DNA of 64,000 nucleotides, from assembly GCA_964016885.1 (NCBI GenBank), contig OZ024740.1, forward strand, positions 420,422,001 through 420,486,000, read 5' to 3'. Below, piece after piece: positions 1 to 14,659 of this stretch. How positions within the stretch are numbered: position 1 is the first letter of the stretch; every line of letters starts with the position of its first letter. The notes below the pieces were generated by a model. The model was not told where the DNA came from, did not search any database, and worked only from the letters and a program-made list of their open reading frames with translations. The translations under genes were made by a program, and so were the position numbers. Source of the DNA: Eledone cirrhosa. Lineage: Eukaryota.

Positions 1-585
1 ACGGGGGTAGTCCCACTTGAGGCAAGAGTGATTGTCTTGCTCGCATAGGACTGTCTGGCAGGTTTTCTACAGTTGGATGCCCTTCCTAACACCAACCACA
101 TTTACAGTGTGGGTCTGGGAGGTTTTTACCGTGCTGCCTACACGGCCACATTACAGCGTGGACTGTGTGTTTTTTTGTCGTGACACCTACACGATCTCAT
201 TTGTTTCGGCCTGGATGGCGCGGCACCAACATAACTTTACATAGAACGGGATGGTGTGGATGGGGTGGGGGTGGTGGTGGGACGGGGGTGTATTTTGTTA
301 GAGATGCCTACTGGCAAGGCGGGTCTTCTCTGTTACTGAGTACCGCCAAAGGTCTCGGTCCAGTGACATTGTCTTGGAGAGGTGTAAGTGTGTGAGGTCG
401 GAGTTTATCAGCTCGTCCCAGGTTTTTCTAGGTCTGCCTATTCCGTGGCTACCGTCTATCTTTATTGCCCTGCACTTTGTTATACAGCTATCGACTTTCA
501 TGTCCATACCAACGTAGCCTTCTCTCGAGTAAACAACATCTGATCCCTCTTATCTCTAATTTTTTCCTTAGTTCGTTTATGCTTT
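1..585 (-). mobile_element. RTE-clade LINE 3' fragment (family A), 5'-truncated; runs off window edge
   Basis: Near-identical to 4222-4815; encodes the C-terminal GRPRKTWDELI motif; small internal deletion near 500; 5' end abuts a (TA)n tract. Confidence 0.9.
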
Positions 586-634
586 AATATATATATATAT
601 ATATATATTAATATATATATATATATATATATTA

Positions 635-670
<36 letters not shown>

Positions 671-701
671 TTATATATATATATATATTTATATATATAT
701 T

Positions 702-734
<33 letters not shown>

Positions 735-957
735 ATATATATATTAATATATATATACATTTATATATATATATTAATATATATATATATTTATATATAT
801 ATATTAATATATATATATATATATTTACATATATATATATATATATTAATATATATATATATATATTAATATATATATATATATATTAATATATATATAT
901 ATATATTAATATATATATATATATATTAATATATATATATATATATTAATATATATT

Positions 958-1008
<51 letters not shown>

Positions 1009-1026
1009 ATATATATATTAATATAT
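586..1026. repeat. Imperfect (TA)n microsatellite
   Basis: TA dinucleotide run with TT/AA interruptions. Confidence 0.97.
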
Positions 1027-1155
1027 ACGATATTAAACAAATGGAAACTATATTTATAAAACCATATTTATTTCATTATACATATTTCAGGGATACCATA
1101 TTAAAAATATGGCATGCCTTTGTCAGATAAAATACAATATATAAACAGTTTTATA
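1021..1155 (-). mobile_element. Diverged inverted copy of Penelope-like terminal repeat with a mutated hammerhead core
   Basis: Reverse complement aligns to 2706-2840; minus strand reads tattttat-CTGACAA-aggcatgccatatt..aatatggtatccct-GAAA-tatgtaTA-atgaaata. Confidence 0.65.
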
Positions 1156-1290
1156 AATAATTTTGACGTACTATAAATATAAGCGACCATTAAGATAGGA
1201 GGCTGGCTTGGTAGTGAAGTGTTTATTATTTAGTTATAGTGTTAAGCACAGTTAGAAAAAAAGACGGAGAAAAAGAAGAAATGGATGTAA

Positions 1291-1293
1291 ATA

Positions 1294-1335
<42 letters not shown>

Positions 1336-1917
1336 TATATATATATATATATATATATATTAATATATATATATATATATATTAATATATATATATATAT
1401 ATATATATATTAATATATATATATATATATATATTAATATATATATATATATATATTAATATATATATATATATATATATATATTAATATATATATATAT
1501 ATATATATATATTAATATATATATATATATATATATTAATATATATATTAATATATATATATTTATATATATATATATATATATTAATATATATATATAT
1601 ATATATTAATATATATATATTTATATATATATTTATATATATATATTAATATATATATATATATATTAATATATATATATATTAATATATATATATTTAT
1701 ATATATATATTAACATATATATATATATATTAATATATATATATTTATATATATATTAATATATATATATTTATATATATATATATATTAATACATATAT
1801 ATATATATATTAATATTTATATATATATTAATATATATATATATATATTAATACATATATATATATATATATTAATATATATATATATTAATATATATAT
1901 ATATATATATATATATA
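1291..1917. repeat. Imperfect (TA)n microsatellite
   Basis: Direct inspection. Confidence 0.97.
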
Positions 1918-2268
1918 GTAATAATAATAAAACATTGCCAGAGAACGTCTCGATGCACCACCTAAGAGAACATTAGTCTACGACCTCTTTTATACCATAA
2001 ACGTGGTTCTGTCCTTGCACGTAATTGTTTTTCACCGCTCCTATTAATGACGTATTATTCGTTTTTTTCACGTTCTTTGCCAGCGAACGTCACCACAAAC
2101 CAAAGCATCGTCTTCCTGTCTTCCTCCGGTTGCAACGTTTTTTGAAATATCCAGTTCTGAGTATACAGATTGACTTTGTTAGTTTCAGAAGATCCCGTTA
2201 AGGGTGAAAGCAGCGATTCTTTGCTTAAACTTTAATCTGTTATTTTAATAAATATATATATATATATT

Positions 2269-2305
<37 letters not shown>

Positions 2306-2309
2306 ATAT

Positions 2310-2563
2310 ATGGCTTAGTGGTTAGAGCATTGGCCTTGCAATCGAAAGGTTGTGAGTTCAATTCTCAGACTGGGTGATGTGTTGTTTCCTTGAGCAAGAG
2401 ACTTTATTTCACATTGCTCCAGTTTACTCAGCTGTAGAAATGAGATGATAGGGGCTGGAGTCCCTATTATTCCACTGCAAAGTGGTCGTGGAGGTGCCAC
2501 GGCAAAAAAGCACCCAGCACTCACTGTAAATGAGGTTGGTGTTAGGAAGGGCATCCAGCTGTT
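2310..2563 (+). mobile_element. tRNA-derived CORE-type SINE with RTE-derived tail, 3'-truncated
   Basis: A box TGGCTTAGTGG, B box GAGTTCAATTC, CORE-like ccttgagcaagagacttt; matches fuller copy at 41565-41940. Confidence 0.8.
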
Positions 2564-2728
2564 AATACAATATAAACAGTTTTATAGATAAATATATTCG
2601 ACATACCGTAATAAACATCAACTTCATTTGAAGAGGTTTACGCTAGCAGCGTAAACCTCTTCAAATGAAGTCGATGTTTATTACGGTATGTCGAATATAT
2701 TTATCTATAAAACTGTTTATATTGTATT
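2564..2728. repeat. Near-perfect palindrome (81-bp arms, 3-nt loop)
   Basis: 2564-2644 is the reverse complement of 2648-2728 with one mismatch seen; loop agc. Confidence 0.95.
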
Positions 2729-2790
2729 TTGTCTGATGAAGGCATAGCATATTGTTAATATGATATCCCCGAAATATATATAATGAAATA
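2725..2790 (+). ncRNA. Minimal type I hammerhead ribozyme (Penelope-like element terminal-repeat type)
   Basis: Stem I tattttgt/atgaaata; core CTGATGA (2733-2739); stem II ggcatagcatatt/aatatgatatccc; GAAA (2771-2774); palindromic stem III; AUA cleavage triplet ending at 2782. Confidence 0.72.
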
Positions 2791-2919
2791 AATATGGTTT
2801 TATAAATATAGTTTTCCATTTATTTAATATTGTAAATATACTCCAAATATTTGTCGAGTGCTTTTATATCAGTTATAAATATTTACTAGTTGTAACCCAA
2901 CAATTTTTAAATATAACTT

Positions 2920-4161
<1,242 letters not shown>

Positions 4162-6188
4162 ATCATCATCATCATCATCATCAACGTTTAACGTCCGTGT
4201 TCCACGCTTGCATGGGTTTGGACGGGGGTAGTCCCACTTGAGGCAAGAGTGATTGTCTTGCTCGCATAGGACTGTCTGGCAGGTTTTCTACAGTTGGATG
4301 CCCTTCCTAACACCAACCACATTTACAGTGTGGGTCTGGGAGGTTTTTACCGTGTTGCCTACACGGCCACATTACAGCGTGGACTGTGTGTTTTTTTGTC
4401 GTGACACCTACACGATCTCATTTGTTTCGGCCTGGATGGCGCGGCACCAACATAACTTTACATAGAACGGGGTGGTGTGGATGGGGTGGGGGTGGCGGCG
4501 GGAGGGGTGTATTTTGTTAGAGATGCCTACTGGCAAGGCGGGTCTTCTCTGTTACTGAGTACCGCCAAAGGTCACGGTCCAGTGACATTGTCTTGGAGAG
4601 GTGTAAGTGTGTGAGGTCGGAGTTTATCAGCTCATCCCATGTTTTTCTAGGTCTGCCTATTCCGTGGCTACCGTCTATCTTTATTGCCCTGCACTTTGTA
4701 ATACAGCTATCGACTTTCATGCGCATCACGTGTCCATACCAACGCAGCCTTCTCTCGAGTAAACAACATCTGATCCCTCTTATCTCTAATTTTTTCCTTA
4801 GTTCGTTTATGCTTTGCCGTTCACGTATATTACTGTTACACATCCAGCGGAGCATGCAAGCTTCGTTCCTCTCTAGTCTGCGTATATCCTCTGCACACAA
4901 TGCCCAGGTCTCACTACCATGCAACATTGCTGTTCGTATGCAGGCATCGTACAACCTGCCTTTCATTTTTAGGGAGAACCCTTTAGCAGCTAATAGTGGT
5001 ATAAGCTCTCTGAACTTTTTCCAACCAGTTCTGACTCTAGCTACAGTACTTTCAGAGCACCCTCCCCCACTGCTGATTTTATCGCCCAGGTAACGGAAGC
5101 TGTCCACTATTTCTATAAAACCCTCTGCGCAATTGAAAGAGCTAGTATTTTGTGGGCACTTGCTGCTACTTATTGCACCAGAACACCGGCCACATGTAAA
5201 GTCTATGTTCTTAGTTAGCTTACCTGTGATCCCACTACATCTTTTATGCACCCATACTTTGCATTTAGGACATAAGATGGAGTTTCTACCTACGCCTTTC
5301 CTACATACCGAGCACGACCATTTCCCAGAAGGGACCGCCGCCTTGTTTTCTTTCCTACAAACTAGAACTTTGGTCTTAGCCAGGTTAATTTTAAGTCCTT
5401 TTGACTCTAGGCCGTGCTTCCATGTTTGGAATTTCTTCTCTAGCTCGGCCATTGATTCCGCTATGAGTGTCAGGTCGTCTGCGTATAGGAGTTCCCATGG
5501 GCAGCCTGTCTTGAACTCCTCTGTTATAGCCTGAAGGGCAATAATAAATAGTAGGGGGCTGAGAACAGAGCCCTGATGGACGCCAACTTTTACGCTAAAC
5601 TCTTCACTATATTCGTTGTTAATTCTAACCTTGCTGACTGTTTCTTTATACATGGCTTGTATAGCCCTCACAAGCCATTCGTCAACGCCTAGTTTTCTAA
5701 GAGCCCACCAGATAATGGAGCGGGGGACTCTGTCGAAGGCTTTCTCCAGGTCGACAAAAGCTAAGTAGAGGGGTTTACCTTTAGCTAGGTACTTCTCCTG
5801 TAGTTGTCGTACTATGAAAAGAGCGTCTGTGGTGCTTTTGCCTGACACAAACCCAAACTGCATTTCATCTAGATCAATTCTCTCTCTGATTAGTTGCGCT
5901 ATTACTTTTTCCGTGACCTTCATGACCTGGTCGATTAATTTAATGCCTCTATAGTTACTCCTATCTAGGGCGTCTCCTTTACCCTTATAACAGTTAACGA
6001 TGATGCTGCTATGCCAGTCCTTCGGAACAACCCCATTCTGTACGACTTGGTTAACTATGCGGGTGACCATGGTGTGTCCCACCGTGCCAGATGCCTTCAG
6101 CATCTCAGCAACTATTTCCGAAGGCCCAGCCGCCTTACCAGTCTTCATATCCTTGATTGCCTTACTTATTATACTCCCCTCGACTAAC
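4162..6188 (-). mobile_element. RTE-clade LINE (family A) with uninterrupted RT ORF segment; cut by assembly gap
   Basis: ORF 4517-6148: NYRGIKL, QFGF, FVDLEKAFDRV, GVHQGSVLSP, YADD, FRYLG, RLRWYGHV; PHD-like Cys/His insert; (GAT)n tail. Confidence 0.95.
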
Positions 6189-6388
6189 NNNNNNNNNNNN
6201 NNNNNNNNNNNNNNNNNNNNNNNNNNNNNNNNNNNNNNNNNNNNNNNNNNNNNNNNNNNNNNNNNNNNNNNNNNNNNNNNNNNNNNNNNNNNNNNNNNNN
6301 NNNNNNNNNNNNNNNNNNNNNNNNNNNNNNNNNNNNNNNNNNNNNNNNNNNNNNNNNNNNNNNNNNNNNNNNNNNNNNNNNNNNNNNN
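6189..6388. other. Assembly gap (200 N)
   Basis: Run of N. Confidence 1.
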
Positions 6389-8150
<1,762 letters not shown>

Positions 8151-8347
8151 CGTTTCTGAATTTGTTTAGCAAGATTCTTCATCTGAAATCGTGTGTTGAA
8201 ACCGATTATTGTTATACTTTGGGAGGGGCATGTTGCCAATAAGAAACACACGCACCAGTTGCTTTCACTTCAATTTATTATAATAAATTTATAAATTTCT
8301 GGTTGGTTGGTAGGTTGGTTCCACAACCAGATAGTTGTTTATATATT

Positions 8348-8390
8348 GTCAAAGTTCTTTCGTCTCACATTCTGTGACCTCTTCAATGAC
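8348..8390 (-). ncRNA. Degenerate minimal type I hammerhead-like motif within a ~440 bp insert in (TA)n
   Basis: Minus strand: gtca-TTGAAGA-ggtcaca-gaa-tgtgagac-GAAA-gaac-TT-tgac; stem I gtca/tgac; C3U change and imperfect stems. Confidence 0.5.
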
Positions 8391-8589
8391 TGGGGATTCT
8401 TTTCTTTGTTTTTGTGCCTCTCCTTTGATCTGTCGCGTGAGCCCGAAATATTGGGATTAAATCTCCACTACGGTAACCCTTCTACCTTTGTCTTGATTTC
8501 GTTTCTCTCATTTTTCACTTTTCTCCTATTTCTCACTCACTTCCTACCTCGAGATTTCCCATCTGCATTGTTGTGGCTTTCTAAACTAC

Positions 8590-8662
8590 ATATTTTATAT
8601 ATATATTTATTCATATATATATATATATATTTATTTATATATATATATATATATATTCATTT

Positions 8663-8734
<72 letters not shown>

Positions 8735-8951
8735 TTATTTATATATATATTTATTTATATATATATATATATATTTGTTGATATATATATATATATTTGT
8801 TTATATATATATATATATATATTTATTTATATATATACATATATATATTTATTTATATATATATATATATATTTATTTATATATATATATATTTATTTAT
8901 ATATATATATATTTATATATATATATATTTGTTTATATATATATATATATA

Positions 8952-8992
<41 letters not shown>

Positions 8993-9104
8993 TTATATAT
9001 ATATATATATTTATTTATATATATATATATATTTATTTATATATATATATATTTATATATATATATATATTAATATATATATATTAATATATATATATAT
9101 TAAT
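8590..9104. repeat. (TA)n/TTTA mixed microsatellite
   Basis: Direct inspection. Confidence 0.95.
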
Positions 9105-9352
9105 GACTAGTTATTTTGATACATACAACATTGGAGACTAATTGTAAACAACTAATTACCTCATTGATTGAGATTTGCATCACAGATATATTACTTATAG
9201 AATTTATACTTCACTTTCACTTTCAAATAATTTGGGGGTTAATTGAATAAGGATTACTAATGGAAAGGTGAATGTATAGTGGAGATTTTAAAGGTTCAGT
9301 TAAAATAGATAGAAATTTGTAAGTTATTTGAGACAGAAGGGGCTGTACAACT

Positions 9353-9528
9353 TACAAGGGTCGACTGAAAAGTTTATAGATGAAGGAGTGATGCTAGAGC
9401 TGTGAAATCGTGCTTACATTAATTTCAATTTTTCTTATTAATAACTACTTTGTTGCTTTCCAAGGACTATGTTGAAAAATAAACCTCATTTGGTCATTCC
9501 ATGAGAGTATCTTGGTCAGCCTATGAAC
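9353..9528. mobile_element. Mariner-like MITE, degraded, inverted relative to the 16327 copy
   Basis: tacaagggtcgactgaaaagtt...cagcctatgaac; reverse-complement homology to 16327-16552. Confidence 0.6.
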
Positions 9529-9687
9529 AGCTGACGATAAGCAATAGAACTTTATCATTGGGTTTATTCTTTTTTAATCTCTAATTTGTTGTTATTTAAT
9601 CCCAGTTCAACCTTGATTAAACAGACCTATGTATGATCAAGTGTATTGCAGCCTTGACTGTCCCATCTTTTTAGAAGACTACATTGT

Positions 9688-10230
9688 GAAGGTGTGTGGA
9701 TTAGTGGTTAGAGCATCGGATTCACAATCTTGAGGTTGTGTGTTCGATTCTTGGACTGGGTACTGTGTTGTGTTCTTGAGCAAGACACTTTATTTCACCT
9801 TGCTCCAGTTCACTCAACTGTAGAAATGAGTTGCGATGTTAATGGTGCCAATCTGTATTGGCCTTAGACAACATCATATATAGTCTATATATAATGTAAG
9901 TATATACATATATATATATATATGTCGTCATGTCACTGGTGCCAAGCTGTATTTGCCATTACCTTTCTCTTAGACAACATCATATATAGTGTGTAATACA
10001 GTGTATATATAATGTATATACATATATATATGTTATCACATCACTGGTACCAAGCTATATCAGCCATTGTCTTTCCTTTGGACAACATCAGTGGTGTGGA
10101 GATGGGAGACTGGAATGTATGGGCAACTACTGGTCTTCCACAACCTGGCCCAGACTTGTACATCTGAGAGGAACTTTCTAGGTGCAAATCCTATGGTCAT
10201 TCATAACTGAAGCGGGTATTTACCCTTTAC
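9688..10230 (+). mobile_element. tRNA-derived CORE-type SINE with internally duplicated tail segments
   Basis: tagtggttagagc (A box), gttcgattc (B box), gttcttgagcaagacacttt; segment ggtgccaagctgtat...gacaacatc repeated three times. Confidence 0.7.
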
Positions 10231-10584
10231 CCTAAGACTACATTATCTAATGTGTCCTTCCTGTTTTGAAGATGGTGGGATGTGGTTTGAGAGAGATTTG
10301 GCTGCTATTTCTAGCAGGTCAAGCGACTGCATAAAGGCCCATTTACTGGCCCCCAAACAACTTCAATATGAAAAATGGTCGTTTTTGAAGCTTCTACAAT
10401 ACAGCTGGGTAGATCTCCAGGTAACAAAGTCAGGTGGCAATAGAGGCTTCCAAAACGACCATTTTTCATATTCCACAATGCTTCAAGCAAACTTAAACAC
10501 TCTCTTAACTTGTTTACATGTGTATGTGAATAAAGGTGCCCTATCTTTAAAAATGGTGCTGGAATACGTGGAATAAGTATCATT

Positions 10585-11049
10585 TCAATATGGTGGTAGA
10601 TTATTGGTTAAATAGAGTAAGGCAGCTGTTGTTTCATTGGTTTGAACCAATGGTTGTTGAATATTATCACCATTCTGGTCATATGTGACACCAATTGGAG
10701 ATGCAGCCATCACTTCTTGTACTAAAACTTCATGTTCTTGGCATGTAGCAGCATCATTGGTAAAGCTCTGTACCGTAACTTGTTGTAAGTTAGAACAACT
10801 GTCTTGGGACTCAATGTGTGGTAAGACACACTGACCTTCGGAACCATCATGTGTACGTTTATGTCGCATCAGTGCATAATTTGTATTAAACCGTTTATCA
10901 CAATGTGGGCAGTTGTAAGATCGAGGATTCACGTGGATTGACTGAATGTGTTTCTGTTGAACTGAACGTGTTTTAAACGAAGCCCCGCAGTAATGACATA
11001 AGTGGGCCCGAATGTTGGAGTGCATAGTCATGTGTTCGTTTAGATGTGC
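10585..11049 (-). CDS. C2H2 zinc-finger protein, last coding exon (end of finger 7, fingers 8-9, Q-rich tail, stop)
   Basis: Acceptor tttttag; AHLNEHMTMH completes the finger begun in the previous exon; CHYC..H, CPHC..H; phase 0 consistent. Confidence 0.9.
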   Translation of the reverse strand, partial: AHLNEHMTMHSNIRAHLCHYCGASFKTRSVQQKHIQSIHVNPRSYNCPHCDKRFNTNYALMRHKRTHDGSEGQCVLPHIESQDSCSNLQQVTVQSFTNDAATCQEHEVLVQEVMAASPIGVTYDQNGDNIQQPLVQTNETTAALLYLTNNLPPY

Positions 11050-11117
11050 CTAAAAAATATAAAATACAACAAATGTAAGCTATTTCATTCTCAACAAGAA
11101 AATATTACAATACATTT

Positions 11118-11300
11118 CATCATCATCATCATTTAATGTCTATTTTCCACGCAAGCATGGGTTAGATGGGTTGTCTCATTTGAGGCAAGTCAGGTCAGAT
11201 GACCGTGTCTTGTACATACAAAACTGTTTCTTGTTTGGTTTCTACAACTGGATGCCCTTCCTAATGCCAACCACATTTACAGTGTGGAATGGGTGCTTTT
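11118..11300 (-). mobile_element. RTE LINE 3' UTR fragment
   Basis: (ATC)n, gcatgggttag, ggatgcccttcctaa motifs shared with RTE tails. Confidence 0.75.
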
Positions 11301-11304
11301 TACA

Positions 11305-13120
11305 ATTGTGAGGTTGTGATTTTGAGTCCCAGTCTGGGCAGTGTGTTGTGTTCTTGAGCAAGACACTTTATTTCACGTTGCTCCAGTTCATTAAACTATA
11401 GAATTTTTTATTTTTTATTTTTTTATTTACAGACTTTATTGTGTTGTATGAGATGAAAGAATGGTATTTAACTAATGTATTGGTACGCGATGGGGCCACC
11501 CACAGCCCCGGCGGACAGAATGGAGAAGGCGTTTCCCCGGAGGACGACAAGGGAGACGCACTGGAAAAGTCACTCCAACTCGCGGGGCTCACACCTGCGG
11601 CTGGCCAGCTCAGCGCCTATGGTGGTGAGTAAGGAGGTAGCCCTGGGGCCGAGGACACCGGAAGTTTCCACTGCCAGGGGAATGACCGCAAACCTTTCGG
11701 AGAGCAACCGGTATTTGAGGAGTTTGGCCCCCTCAGCCCGACGTGCAACAGAACCTGGGTCATTTGCAGACTGCACCAGGTTGCGGCTGCGGAAAGTGTC
11801 GGTTCAAGTGCATCCCAGACGAGGGGTTTGCCGCCGCAGAACGGGAAGATGGTCATGCCATCTGGCCTTTTGCCATCCCCTCGATCCAGCCCCACCGGAT
11901 CGAGCTGGGAAGGGAAGCCTGCAGCATCCAAGCTATGCTTAATGATCTCGTTGAGGGCAGTATGGCGTGGAATGTGGCCGGCACTGTGGCGACAGGAAAG
12001 CGGGTGGAGGCCGAAAGAGTCCACGGTGGAACCGCAGCGACATTGGTGTGGCTGGCAGATCCGGAGGCTAAGCCTCAGGGAAACGCCGATTCGCAGGCTA
12101 TGGATGTCTAGCTGCGTGCCAGTGGATTTGATGTCAACAGGGGAAGAAGGAGGAGGGACGTCTACTGGGCTAAGTCCCACGTCTCACAGGCAGCCTCACG
12201 TTCTCTGAACACAGAGGGTTCTGTTGTGTTTTGAAGAACCCTGCTGACGAGGACGCGGCACGAGGTTACCGACGAAAGATACGCCGGCAAAGCTAGTGAG
12301 ATCGGGGACCGGAGGCCTAGGCCGCCATACCTGACCGGTAAAGTGGCCTGCTGCCACCCTATGTTGTCAAACTTGACGTTGCATATCCCCTCAGCTGCTG
12401 TTCGGATACAAGTATCGAGGTCAGCGAGGAGAGATGTCTGGGTGTAGCATGGAGCGCTGCAGAGTGTATAGAGGAGCTTCGGCATGGCGAAGCAGTTTCT
12501 CTGCAGAAAGAGAGATGGATGGCCATCAATCGGATGAGAGCGGATGGCCAGTGGGTGGATTGGTGATCCGAGGATGAGGACATCCACTTTGGGGGTCACC
12601 TGAACCTGGTGGAGAATGGACCGCACGTCCAAGACGGAGGCTGCAAAGCTCGCAGCATCAAGGCTGACGTTCACCACCTCCGACTTGGCCGAGTTGACCT
12701 GGAGGCCAATTCCCGCCAGGGCAGGAATCACCGATTGAAGGTCTTGGCAGACTGTCCGTACGGGCCCGCCCAACGTAGCATCATCCAGATACCAAACGTT
12801 GAGAGGGGCTATGATACTCCGGGCGATGTGGTCAATACCAAGGGCGAACAGGAGGGGTCCCAAAGGGTCGCCCTGTTGGACCCCAGTAGCTGAGGATATG
12901 ACCGTATCAGCAGCTAGGAGCATGCTCGAGTTGTGACATCACTGGTGTTAAGCTATATTAGCCTTTGCCTTTCCCTTGGACAACATCAATGGCATAGAGA
13001 GAGGGGGCTGATATGTATGGGTGATTGCTGGTCTTTCACAAACAACCTTGCCTCAGAGGGAAACTTTCTAGGTGTGAATCCCATGGTCACTTGTGACTGA
13101 AGGGGGTCTTTTGCCCTTAA
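11305..13120 (+). mobile_element. CORE-type SINE split by the CRE-like insertion (halves 11305-11403 and 12928-13120)
   Basis: ...ccagttcattaaactatagaa | gagttgtgacatcactggtg... reconstitutes the contiguous tagaaatgagttgcgatg seen at ~9820. Confidence 0.75.
11404..12927 (-). mobile_element. CRE-like non-LTR retrotransposon (RT + restriction-like endonuclease), 5'-truncated and frameshifted
   Basis: GVQQGDPLGP, WYLDD, GGLG (12162-12923); CRCG..H...C..RH, RPDG, WD (11617-12180); KY..P.AVETSG (11570-11776); A-rich tail; much more GC-rich than flanks. Confidence 0.85.
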
Positions 13121-13769
13121 TTGTAGTGCACCTGAACACTGTACACAATCATTTTCATTATTTCAAACTATTAAAGTAAATATATAGGTGTGAAACTATT
13201 AAAGTATTAAACAATAAATAGTTAAACTATAAATATATAGCTGCTTAATTATTAAAGATAACATATAGATGTGAAGCTATTAAAGATAATATATAGATGT
13301 GAAACTATTAAAGTAAATATATAGCCGCTGAATTATTAAAGATGTGGGTAAAGGCATGACATAAATAAAGCAGTAATATCAAGATATACCAGAGATTTTT
13401 GTTATAAAAAGGAAACAGCTATGATTTTTAAACATGTAATATGTGATTGATCAATCGACAAGATCCCAGACCTCATTCATGTTCCGGGTGAGGTGGAACT
13501 TGTTAAATTGGACCAAGGAAACTATGTTTCTATTGGTCTTTCCATTACTGATACTATCTGTCAGTTGCAACTCCTGACAGAATATGTGGTAGTTGGGTAT
13601 TAAGCTTTACCAAGAGTTCTTATGCAGAGCTCATTACACCCCTTACTTAGGATAGAGTGAAGGGACCACTTTAAAAAGTGTCTATTGGTAATATTCAAGA
13701 AGCAAAGACTTTCAATTTCTCTCCACCTCATACAAACACATGAAAAAATGAATACAGAAAAATACTTAC

Positions 13770-14494
13770 CTGCGATCGAAAAGCTTTAGTACACAGTGTA
13801 CAGGTGAATGGAAGAACCCTTGCAGATTTATCCAGGTGTGTAAATTTGTGTTGTGCTAAAGCATCTGGTCGTTTAAAGGCCTTGCCACAAAGATCACACA
13901 AATATGGACGTTGATTGCAGTGAACATTGTTCCTATGTCTCACATAGTGTTCTCTGCGCTGAGTTTTATAACTACAAACATCACATTGGTAAGTCTTAGC
14001 AAGTTTAGCTAGAATATTACCTGTACTGTCACCTGTAATTGTTTCATTGTGACTTAAACGTAGATGACTGCAGTATAAATGCCGCCGTAAAGTCTTGTAC
14101 TGACATTTTGGACAGGCGTACAACAAGGTATGATGTTTCCGTTGAGTGTTATGTCTATTCTTCACATGCCGAGCAAGTAACTTGTTACTGTCTGTACTGT
14201 ATTTACACTTCATACACTGCAGTAGAGTATTGCTGTGAAGGACCTCATGTCGTCTCAAGTGACTCAACCGAATGCTAGTGAAGTCACATTGTTTACACCT
14301 GTACAAATTGTTGTCCTTTTCGTGTAATTTGATATGTTTTATAAAATGGCTCTCTCTTTTAGATTTGAAAGAACATTCACTGCAGAAAAACTTAAATGGT
14401 GCTAAGGCTTCATAGTTTTTCTTTAGGATTCGTCGTCCGGAGAATGTTGAACTGCGTTTACCTTTGTTGATATATGTCTTCTGAGAACTGTCAT
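13770..14494 (-). CDS. C2H2 zinc-finger protein, coding exon 3 (fingers 1-6 and start of 7)
   Basis: ttttcag acceptor, CAG|gtaagt donor; six CxxC-x12-HxxxH/HxxxxH motifs; phases 1/0 match neighbours. Confidence 0.92.
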
Positions 14495-14659
14495 CTGAAA
14501 ATTTATAAAATAGAAAGAAAAAATTATTTATTAGTAAATTATTGCTTACTTTGTATTTTAGATTTACTTTGTATTCACCATCAACAAAAGACAAACAGGC
14601 TAAATATTTTTTTTTAAATTTACATTATTTTGAAATGAAGCAACCATAATTTGTTGGAT

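Noticed and set aside
2180-2245. Third hammerhead candidate cagaaga-tccc-gttaa-gggt-gaaa
   Set aside because: Core mutated (CAGAAGA) and no convincing stem I/III pairing; the 1920-2250 island remains unassigned
4593-5534. Plus-strand ORFs overlapping RT ORFs (also 27979-29025, 30994-31809) and the repeated 70-aa MSCSHRTVW ORF
   Set aside because: Antisense shadows of the LINE coding region and 3' UTR
10280-10345. Recurring motif gatttggctgctatttctagca (also ~15430, 21520, 22710, 23950) as a regulatory element
   Set aside because: Dispersed in both orientations with flanking homology; more likely an old interspersed repeat that I could not classify
11475-12893. Bacterial contamination or plus-strand genes in the GC-rich segment
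   Set aside because: Minus strand carries non-LTR RT/RLE motifs and an A-rich tail, and the segment cleanly splits a host SINE
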